Source: the human T2T-CHM13v2.0 reference genome, Homo sapiens. Taken from it: a stretch of DNA of 64,000 bases. Made by a program: the position numbers and the translations under genes. The DNA is taken from the NCBI RefSeq assembly GCF_009914755.1, contig NC_060944.1. One strand, written 5' to 3'. Below, piece by piece: positions 53,843 through 64,000 of the stretch. The notes beneath the pieces were generated by a model. The model was not told the origin of the DNA and did no database searches. It saw nothing but the letters and a program-made list of their open reading frames with translations. The stretch's first letter is position 1, and each line of letters starts with the position of its first letter.

Positions 53843-53920
53843 GAGAAATGGCTTCCCTGAGGCAAGTGTAACCTACATTCCCAGCCCACCAGCCTGACGC
53901 CCAGCCAGGGAGAGAGTACC
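53843..53920 (+). other. SYNDIG1: 5'UTR part (78 nt) of the SYNDIG1 first coding exon
   Basis: Polypyrimidine tract tctcttgtctcatctctgttttctcctcctcc followed by AG at 53841-53842. Confidence 0.88.
53848..53871 (+). promoter_or_regulatory. uORF MASLRQV* in the SYNDIG1 5'UTR
   Basis: gaaATGg (purine at -3, G at +4); ATG GCT TCC CTG AGG CAA GTG TAA; ends 49 nt before the main ATG. Confidence 0.65.
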
Positions 53921-54400
53921 ATGGATGGCATCATTGAACAGAAGAGCATGCTGGTGCACAGTAAAATCAGTGATGCTGGCAAGAGGAATGGTTTAATTAA
54001 CACCAGAAACTTGATGGCCGAGAGCAGAGATGGTCTGGTGTCTGTTTACCCAGCGCCCCAGTACCAGAGCCACCGGGTGGGGGCCAGCACAGTGCCGGCC
54101 AGCCTGGACAGCAGCAGGAGTGAGCCGATGCAGCAGCTGCTGGACCCCAACACCCTGCAGCAGTCAGTGGAGTCCCGCTACCGGCCCAACATCATCCTCT
54201 ATTCAGAGGGCGTGCTGCGCTCCTGGGGGGACGGTGTGGCCGCCGACTGCTGCGAGACCACCTTCATCGAGGACCGGTCGCCCACCAAAGACAGCCTCGA
54301 GTACCCGGATGGGAAGTTCATTGACCTCTCAGCTGATGACATAAAAATCCACACCCTGTCCTACGATGTGGAGGAGGAGGAGGAGTTCCAGGAGCTGGAG
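53921..54400 (+). CDS. SYNDIG1: SYNDIG1 first coding exon, aa 1-160 (N-terminal region; the CD225/dispanin membrane domain is encoded by exons beyond the window)
   Basis: Translation MDGIIEQKSMLVHSKISDAGKRNGL...YDVEEEEEFQELE recognised as the human SYNDIG1 N-terminus. Kozak accATGg, CpG-rich codons, donor GAG|GTCAGA at 54400/54401 after exactly 480 nt (phase 0). Confidence 0.96.
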
Positions 54401-57129
54401 GTCAGAGGATGTGTTTGTCAGAGGCCCTCTAGGAATGTGTGATGGGGATTCTAGGGAGGGCAGGAGCCATGAATGCCTGGCAAAAGTTAGGGAATGAAAC
54501 TAGTGTGCAAAAATGCAGAAACCAAAGGCAGTCTTGGTGCCCTTCACTCTTGAGTGCTTATGGAAGATAGAAGGAGAGGAAAGACTTAGATTAACAGAAA
54601 CCCAGGGGCGCTTCAGCGGTGATTCTGGTATGAGATGACCCCAGGTAATGGCTGCAGATGGCAGTGCTGGTGGGTTCATCGGTTTTCCCTGCTCTCCCGC
54701 ATCCCATGAGACAGAGAGGTCATTGACAAGATGAGAGAGGGACACCTGATCCTAGAGCCACATGAGGCTGGAAATATACTTGACAGGGGACACTTTGGGA
54801 GGTGCTTCTACTGTCACCTGTGGTTCCTTGACTTTGCATTCCACAGTTACTACTGAGAGATTGTTGATAGAGCTGAACTGTGCTGGAAGAAAGTGTAGGT
54901 ACTGATAGCCTGAAGGGAAGATAAGTTGACTTCTTAGATGACTCGCTTCTTTAATGGACTGGAGGGCAGGTGACAGCATTTGAATTACATGCACAGAGAT
55001 GTACACACTGCACGTTGGATATAGTGTGGTAGGCACAGTGGTTGCTGAGTGTGTGGCACATTGTCCCCCCAGGACAGCACTGGTGAGAGGGTGAGAGCAG
55101 CTGCTGCAGGCCATGGACTAGCGGTTTGCTGCCCATGCCTCCCAAGTCATTCCACTGCAGTGAGGCCAGGGGTGTTTTCCCAGGACGCGATGTCAGGGAA
55201 ACACGTGCCAGGCTTTCCGTCAGTTTGGTGGGGAAGGAAACCGCCGAGCAGGTCCAACCTTCAGAGGCAGTGTGTGGCCAAAAGGGGAAGGGATGTCTGT
55301 TTTTCACTAAGGTAGGCGAGAACATTTTTGTAGGTGGAGAGGAAATGTTCAGAATGGAAAATTCAGGATCGTGGCCAGCAGCTGGGGAGTGGTCTTGGGG
55401 AGGCAGGAGCTGAACTCCAAGCATGTATGTGTGAGAGCTGGCCTCTCAGAAGAAGTCCACATGCTGGCCTGGGAGAGAAGAGAAGGGTGGGGTAAGGGAA
55501 AGTTTGAAGGGCTCTGGGTTGAAGAGGAAGAAAAGGAGGGGTTCGTGTTGGCTGAGCATCAGCACAGCCAGAGAAGCTCCTGGGGTGTGAGGAGATTGCA
55601 GACAGTCTAGAGCAATGAACTGGGGGAAGTGCCCATTCTAGAAAAGACTCCTGGAGAAACTGCCCAGCTGCAGTATGAGTTTGTGTGAAGATCTGGTCAG
55701 ACCCAGGGCTCTGTGACTTTCTGCAGCCATGTGGGACCATCTTTAGCAGGTGAGGCTCCCTTGGCAAGGTGCACTCTGCCTGGAAGGTGGAGGAGGCAGG
55801 AGAAAGCAATAGGGAGGAAGTTTGGAGCAGAATCAGACCCACAACCATGGGACCCCACACTTGATAGAAAGGCCGGAGAAATTGCAAGGGAATGACAGGC
55901 CAAGGAGACCAGAGGATCAGGATTGGAGAGACCCCATTGAGAACCAGGAGCTGAGAGATCCAGCGTTAGTCAGGAGGGAGGATTAGAAATGGAGAGGGAA
56001 ACTTTGGTGCAACTCCAGCCGGTGGAGCCCGGGAAGCCCACTGGCAGGGAGTGGAGAGTCGTGGCATGGAAGAGGACCAAGACGTGATGCCTGGGCATCT
56101 GCGCAGGCCCCAATGCCCTCTGGTGACACCTGTGAAGGGAGGGCACTCACGCTGCAGCTGTGGAAAGTTGGGAGCATGCTTGGCTTCTGTTCAGAAGCCT
56201 CTGCCCTGTCTACTAAGTTTTCCAAGATCTGAGGGCTTTGCTGACAGCAAAGCGTAAATGCTGCCCGACTCGCATGGAGTGGAATTAGAGAGGCAGATGC
56301 ACGAAAATGCAGCCCCAGGAGTTATGGGAATGGAATACCCCATCAGCTCTGAAGAGGGTCTGGGGCCCTGAGCTCAATGCGGGGTTCAGAAGTCATCACA
56401 CAGGCAGGAGCCCTCCCCCGGCTGAGTCTTGAGGATGAGTAAGAGGAGGCTTGAGGGGAGCTTAAATAAAAGCTAGGAATGGGTGGGGGCAGACACAGAC
56501 TTGTCTGTCTTAGTAGGTCCAAGGCTCTGACAAGTAGTATAGACTTCTGGGGAGGTAACCTTTCCCACCCAGTCCTGCTTCTCTGATCTAGCAGCAGAAG
56601 TGGAAGCCCACCAGAAACAATTCTTTTAATAATACAGCAATAAGAATCTTTAGTCATAATAACGGTGCCTACTCTGTATTAATATTTCTAGTGACTTTTG
56701 AATATAACGTAAGATGGAGCATGTTGGCATTTATACTAAAGTAACATCGATGAAACAGCAAGTTGTTTACTTAGGCACTTTAGTGAGACTTTCTGGTCGG
56801 CTTCCAAGGAGCTCACCTGGACCAAGAAATGGCCCCTTCCACAGGCTCTGAGCAGAAGGAATGGAGACACATTATGGCTGCTGCTGCTTCTACATGCGGC
56901 TCAGGATGCCGAGGAGGATTTCAGAGCCTCACCACGGTGGTTAACTTCGTCCTTTTTCTCTGAAAACAAAGATTTTCTCAGAAACATTCTTACAGTATAG
57001 CTATGGTGCTTTTCATTCCCTTCTTCGGTAATTAACAAAATACTAATGACTGGTTAGAAGTGTCATTGAACATGCAGTAGCTGTTCTTTGGTTTACTGTT
57101 TTCTCCATTCCATTAAATAATAAAGGGTC

Positions 57130-57580
57130 ATGTATTGGTTAACATTTGCTGCATAACAAATCACCCCCAAAACACAGTGCCTTAACAACTCTTTCTTCAG
57201 CTTATGATTTCTGAGGGTCGGCAATTGAGCTGGGCTCAGCTGGGTGATTGTTCTGCTGGTCTCACCTGGGCTCACTCACTTGTCCATAGCTAGCTGTGAT
57301 AGGCTGGGAAGCCAGCCTCTGGTGGGCTGTTGGCTGCAGTGACAGAGGTAACTGCATCACCCAGCTGTCACCCGTCCTGTCCCAGGCTTCATTTTGCGGC
57401 AGCCAGAGAGGTGGGGCCCACTTTGTGAGGGCTTGTCAAGTCTTTGCCTGTGTCCTGCATGTTACTATCTCATTGACCAGAGCAGGTCCCACAGCCAAGC
57501 TCAGTCAGTGTGGGAGAGACTGCTTAGGGTCACAATATAGGGAAGTGATAACAAATTGGGTGCCAGTACTGCAACCACAG
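57130..57580 (-). mobile_element. Old MLT1-type MaLR LTR
   Basis: tttgctgcataacaaatcaccccaaaac...gctgggctcagctgggtgattgttctgctggtctcacctgggctcactca. Confidence 0.75.
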
Positions 57581-57818
57581 AGCCAAAAACCATAGACTTT
57601 TGGCATCATTTTTTTTTTCAGATGGTCTAACTGAACAGAATGACAACTACTGAAACAAAAGAACAGTGAATACTGATCTGAGCTCTTTCCAGAAGGCAGT
57701 TCTACTCAGACAAAAAAGAAAAAAAAATGTGATTTTTAACTTCTTTGAGTATTGTATAGCTTCACTTGGTTTATAGCAAATGGATACTGTTTCCCAAATA
57801 ATGCCGTTTTCAAAAAGC

Positions 57819-58015
57819 CATTGCCCTGGTTCAGAATGGGGCCCCCTCATTGCCCTTGTTCAGAGGGGGCCACCTCATTGCCCTTGTTCAGGGCCCCTCC
57901 CATTGCCCTGGTTCAGAGTGGGGCCTTCTCATTGTCCTGGGTCAGAGCAGGGCCCCCTCATTGCCCTGGTTCAGAGCAGGGCCCCTCGTTTCCCTGGTTC
58001 TGAGCGGGGCTCCCT
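57819..58015. repeat. ~29-bp minisatellite, 7 copies
   Basis: cattgccctggttcagagcagggcccct units. Confidence 0.95.
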
Positions 58016-60253
58016 TGCTGGAGCTCCTGGGCACTGGGTGGCTGGCTGTGTTTTCCCCAATCACTTTCCCAAGACAGGTGCATCCCTGGCATTTATGAAG
58101 GAGCCTCTCCAGGTCCGAAGAGGTCGGCCTGTCTGACATATGTTTGCAAGGGCATGTGGAGCGTTCAGTTTGCCTTCGAGGTTGTGGTAGTAACAAGAAC
58201 AGGTTCTATGGCTAACTTTGAGAATATTTATGGGAGGTTCTCAACTATTCGACAAGTGTTTATGATCTGTCCTGCTCCACCTTAAGTCGCCAAGTAGAGC
58301 ATGGCTTGACATTAGACAGGTAGATGTAGGGGACCTCTGGGGCTTTGCGGGAGTGCAGAGGTGCCATGCCGCTCATTATCTAGTGCCACTGCGCTCAGGG
58401 TGACAAGACAGGCATCCTGTGGGGGTGCCCTCAGGGCATCCTGGGTAGTGATAATTGGGCCTGATGTCCGACAGCCCAGGCCTCTTCCCAGGTATGTGAA
58501 CACTGCTTCATCCACTTCCCAGCCAGTAGCTAAAAACTGCTGTCTCTGGGAATACCAGCAGTGGGAAGCCACTTCTCCTTTCACACAAATAAACTCAGAG
58601 AGACTTCAGGGACAAGTAATGAAGTAGGTCTACAAAATATACAATTTGAGTTTACAGCCATGAAATGAAGTGGATGGAGTCCAGGTGCAGAGGCCTGACC
58701 ACCCTCCTGCCCTTAGAGATGGTGACCAGATGTTGAATGGCACTTACCTGTGGCAATGCAAAACCTCTCAGACCCGAAGTACATGACGGTCACCACCTAG
58801 AAGCGGTGCCCATGGGGGCTGAGCCTTTTCTTCACTGAAGGAAGAAGGGGGAAGGGAACGCTCATCGATGGAGCACCTTTTCTGCCACGCCCTCCAAGTG
58901 CACTTGGCCATCGAATCCTCGAAGCGCTTGGGGATGGGTCATGGTGCTGTCCTCATCCTACACGTGGAGAGACAGAAACTTGGGGTGTTTCCAAGATCAC
59001 ACACGTGGCTCTGCTGTCAGCCCTTGGATCTGAGACAGATCTCCTGACTTTAGACTCTGTCTCCTCATGATGACGCTGTTCTTTCTACATTAGGGGGAAA
59101 AATGTGTTCCAGTAAACTTCTGTTTCAGCATTATGCCAGAGTCCAAGGACAAAGCAGGAAGAGACGGCACCAGGACTTCACTTCTGTGAACTCTCCGCCA
59201 AGCTTTCCAAGGCCTTCCAGTCTGTCTTCCCATGTAAAAACTTGAAAGCTGTTGGAGGACACAGAATTCTATAACTGCAATAGAGCACTTTACATATACC
59301 TCAGTCATAAGTATGGAAAGAGGGGCGAGGACTCAACACACATGTGAAGAAAACCCAAAAGCATGAATGAGACAGAACAACAACAAATAGAACAGTTGAC
59401 CCAGAGGAAAGAGAAAGAGTTCAGAAAATAATAAACAGCATTTTGAAAATTATTTTTAGTATCTCCAGAGAGATTTGAGGTGCTGCTGATTTGGGTGGAA
59501 GGAAATTTGGGGGTTTTGTTTTGCTCATTTGTTTGTTTACCTCATAGCACTGGCCAGAACCTCAAATACATTGTTTAGTGTGAGTGAACGAACATCCTTG
59601 CCTTGCTCCTGATCTTAGGGGGAGCTTTTAGCTTTCATGATGAAAGGTGATGTTTTTGTAGTTCTTTGTAGACACTCATAATCAGGTATAGGAAGTTCCC
59701 TTTGTCACTACTTTGTTGAAGAGGTTTTTTATTTTATTTTTTATTTAATTTTATTTTTTAATAGACAAATAAATGGGATATTCATATTCATGGGGTATAT
59801 AGTGATGTTTTGATACATGTAACATATGGTGATCAGATCAGGGTAATTAGCATATTCATTATCTCAAACTTTGATCATTGCTTTGTGTTGGGAGCATTCA
59901 ATAACCTCCTCTTAGCTATTTGAAACTGCATAATATATTATTTTTCAACTGTTTTCATGCTACAGTGCTGTAGAACACTGGAAGTTATTCATATCTAGCT
60001 GTAATTTTGTATGTTTTAATACATCTCTTCCTATCTCTCCCTTCCTCCTACTCTGCCCACTCTCTACTATTCTTCCTTCTACTTTTACTTCTATAAAATT
60101 AACTCCTTTTAGCTTCCACGAGTGGAACATGCAATGCTTAACTTTCCCTCCTGACTTATTTCATTTAACATAATGTCCTCCAGTTTCATCCATATTTGCT
60201 GCAAATGACATAATTTCATTATTTTTTTATGGCTGAATAGTATCCTGTGGTGT

Positions 60254-61013
60254 TGAAATGGGAGAGTTCCCTGATTCCCCTTGCAGGACGTGGGGTGGGT
60301 GTGGTTCACCTGTTCTGTTGCTGCTCAAACCCCTTGCAGGACTGGAGCATGCAGAAGGGCAGGTGCAGAGGCTGGGGCGAGTGCTTTATGCTCTGGCCTT
60401 GCAGTAGTGTCTAGGGGTGGGTGACTGCAACCCCACTGTTACAAAGCTCTTTCAGCTTTGCTGTCCACAGACGGCTTGAATACTAACAGGCTCAATGGGC
60501 CCTTTGCCTTTTCGCAAGGACAGAGGGCTGGATCCAGAGCTGTTGCCCAGCATCCTGGAAAAATCAGGTCACATACGGGCTTGAAGGATGAATGTGAAGT
60601 TTTTTTGAGTGGTAGAGGTGGTTTTCAGTGGGATGGATGTGGAGCCGGGAAGGATACTGGAGTGGGAAGGTGATCCTCCCCTGGACTTGGGCCACCCAGT
60701 GGCTGGACTCCTCTCTGACCATCCCCAACCAAACTCCTCTCGGCATTCAGATGTTCCTCCTCTTCTCCCTTTCTCTGCCATGTTGTTCTGCCATCTGTCT
60801 ATTTGCTGGTCTTCTGGCTTGCTAGTCTGCTTCTGGGTCCTGGGTTTCAGGGTTTATATGGGTGTAGGCATGCGGGCCAAAATACAACTTTTTGGGTACA
60901 AAAACAGGAATGCCTTTTCTCACTTAGGGCCACAGATATCCAGGCTTGAGGATGGGGCTTTGCCAGGAAACTGCCCTCTTCTACCCAGTATTTCCCTGGT
61001 TCCTGTCCTATCA
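60254..61013 (-). mobile_element. ERV1 solo LTR (LTR1/LTR27/MER52-related), 760 bp
   Basis: Reverse strand starts tgataggacaggaaccagggaaatactgggtagaagagggcag; TG...CA ends; 4-bp TSD gtgt (60250-60253 and 61014-61017). Confidence 0.85.
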
Positions 61014-61260
61014 GTGTACAACTACCCCATTTTCTTTATCCATTTATCTGTTTGTTGTTGGAGACCTAGGTTAATCCCATATCTTGGATATTGCGAATAG
61101 CACTGCAACAAACGCATGGTGTAGATGTCTCTCTAATATACTGATTTCGTTTCCTTTGGATAAATGCCAAGTAGTGGGGTTGCTGGATTGTATGGTAGTT
61201 CTATTTGTGGTTTTTCTAGGGAGTTGCATATGGGTGTTCAATTCGTCAGGTACTACTTAG

Positions 61261-61632
<372 letters not shown>

Positions 61633-63034
61633 TACATTAACTGCTTTGCAGATAACAGACCATCCTTGCATTTGGGGGTAAATCCCACTTTGTCGTGGTT
61701 TATAATCCTCTTTAAGTGTCACTGGATCTTTTCTAATCCTTGGATAAGGATTTCTGTGCCTATATTCATGAGGGATGTTGATCTGCAGTTTTCTCTTCTT
61801 GTGCCATCTTTTCTGGGCTCTAGTATGAAGGTAATATTGGCTGCATAGAATAAGTTGGGAATTATTTCTCTCTTTATTTTCTGAAAGACTCTGTTTAGTA
61901 TTGGTATGATTTCTTTTTGTTTGTTAGAACTCACCAGTGAAGGCATTTGGGCCTGGCCTTTTCTTTGTGGGAAGATTTTCAATTACTGAACTGATTCTAT
62001 TACTTTACTAGTTTAAGTCTCTTGTTTTAAAGAAAATCTGAAGATCGTCCTTTATTCTTGTCCCAGTTTTAGTATTGTGACACCTAATTTGTTGGCATGA
62101 AGTTGTTCATCATATTCCATTTAAATCCTTTTACTTTCTGTATGGTTGGTAATATTTACTCTTTCATGCCTCATTTTAGTAATTTAAGTTTCTCTATTTC
62201 TTTCTTGGTCAGTCTAGATAGAAATTGATCATTTTTTGGATCTTTTCAAATAGCTGACTTCTGGTTCCATTGATTTTTCTCTCGTTATTTAGTTTTCCAT
62301 TTTATTAATTTTTTACTCAGATATTTATGACATCCTGCCCTCTGTTTCCTTTGGCTTAAATTTGTTCTTTTTTACCTATTTTTTTTTTTAGGCGTGAGCT
62401 GGGATTACTTATTTGACATTTGTTTCTTCTTATAATGTATATTCAAGGCTATCACTTTCTTTCAAACACTGTTTTAACTGTGTCCTGTAAATTTTGATTT
62501 GTTGTGTTTTAATTTTTATATAGTTGAAAATACTTCTGTAGCCATTGTGATTTTTTATTTTTCTAATGAGTTATTTATTAATGTGTTGTTTAATTTCCAA
62601 ATATTCAGGGATTTTGTTGTTTCCTATTATTTATTCTTAATTAAATCTCATTAAGGTTGAAGGACATAGTTTGTATAATTTCTCTTTTAAATTGATTGAG
62701 ACTTGATATGTGGCTTAGTGTCTGATATGTTCTGGGGAATATGCCATGTGAACAAGGAAAGAATGAGTGTTCTGTCCTGCAAAGTGTTTTATACAGATTC
62801 GCAAGGTCGTGTGAGTTAATTCCTGTTCGTGTCTCCTGTTCTTTCTGTTTGTCTGCCTAGTTGTCACAATTAGGAGTGGAGTATCAGAAATATTTACTTT
62901 TAGGGAATTGTCTATTTCTTTCTTTTATTTTGTCAGTGTTTACTTCATGTGTTTTGGGGCTCCGTTGTTAAGAGTGTGTACATTTATAATTGTTATATCT
63001 TGCTGAACTGTTGGCCATTTTATTATAAAGCTTC

Positions 63035-63128
63035 TGTCACTGAAACACCAGGGGTTCCATCTAGAACCTGCTGCTCCACACACAGAAAGCCAATCACTGA
63101 GACGATTATTGCCAAGGAAGAGGGCTTT
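63035..63128. mobile_element. ERV1-type LTR end, cut by the L1PA insertion
   Basis: tgtcactgaaacaccaggggttc...cagaaagccaatcactgagac. Confidence 0.55.
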
Positions 63129-64000
63129 TTTAAAAAATTATTATTATACTTTAAGTTTTAGGGTACATGTGCACAATGTGCAGGTTAGTTACATATGTAT
63201 ACATGTGCCATGCTGGTGTGCTGCACCCATTAACTCGTCATTTAGCATTAGGTATATCACCTAATGCTATCCCTCCCCCATCCCCTCACCCCACAACAGT
63301 CCCCAGAGTGTGATGTTCCCCTTCCTGTGTCCATGTGTTCTCATTGTTCAATTCCCACCTATGAGTGAGAACATGAGATGTTTGTTTTTTTTTGTCCTTG
63401 CAATAGTTTACTGAGAATGATGATTTCCAATTTCATCCATGTCCCTACAAAGGACATGAACTCATCATTTTTTATGGCTGCATAGTATTGCATGGTGTAT
63501 ATGTGCCACATTTTCTTAATCCAGTCTATCATTGTTGGACATTTGGGTTGGTTCCAAGTCTTTGCTATTGTGAATAGTGCTGCAATAAACATACATATGC
63601 ATGTGTCTTTATAGCAGCATGACTTATAATCCTTTGGGTATATACCCGGTAATGGGATGGCTGGGTCAAATGGTATTTCTAGTTCTAGATCCCTGAGGAA
63701 TCGCCACACTGAAATCCACAATGGTTGAACTAGTTTACAGTCCCACCAACAGTGTAAAAGTGTTCCTATTTCTCCACATCCTCTCCAGCACCTATTGTTT
63801 CCTGACTTTTTAATGATTGCCATTCTAACTGGTGTGAGATGGTATCTCATTGTGGTTTTGATTTGCATTTCTCTGATGGCCAGTGATGGTGAGCATTTTT
63901 TCATGTGTTTTTTGGCTGCATAAATGTCTTCTTTTGAGAAGTGTCTGTTCATGTCCTTCGCCCACTTTTTGATGGGGTTGTTTGTTTTTTTCTTGTAAAT
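63127..64000 (-). mobile_element. Young L1PA (PA2/PA3-like) 3' end, continues past the window
   Basis: Intact ORF2 C-terminus (CWWDC...IILSKL) 63359-63952; 3'UTR aatgctaaatgacgag and ctaaaacttaaagtataataa on the minus strand. Confidence 0.95.

Noticed and set aside
54030-54344. 104-aa overlapping alternative-frame ORF
   Set aside because: Common in GC3-rich exons and lies downstream of several AUGs; no supporting evidence.
53921-54442. 173-aa single-exon gene
   Set aside because: Similarity to SYNDIG1 ends at the splice donor at 54400; the remainder is intron.

Overview
Primate (almost certainly human) genomic DNA, not microbial. The only supported protein-coding sequence is the first coding exon of SYNDIG1 (synapse differentiation inducing 1 / TMEM90B) on the + strand: exon 53843-54400, ATG at 53921, 160 codons up to the GT donor. 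The rest is most simply read as the flanking SYNDIG1 introns. They hold about 18 Alus, a sense-oriented, internally deleted L1PA, the 3' end of an antisense L1PA, old L1M/L2/MIR fragments, MaLR and ERV1 solo LTRs, MER5/MER58 DNA transposons, microsatellites and several tandem arrays. The most unusual observation is a patchwork at 48.1-48.8 kb: a 55/56-bp array interrupted by a ~90% copy of sequence from just downstream of the exon and a 33-nt copy of the coding exon itself, suggesting iterative template switching. Also notable: a strong-context uORF in the exon, a frame-compatible circRNA possibility, a triple retroelement insertion at one (TA)n site, and an in-frame L1 ORF2 deletion. Repeat subfamily names and identity values come from recall of consensus sequences and hand alignment, not from a database run. 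I see no evidence of a new multi-gene system.
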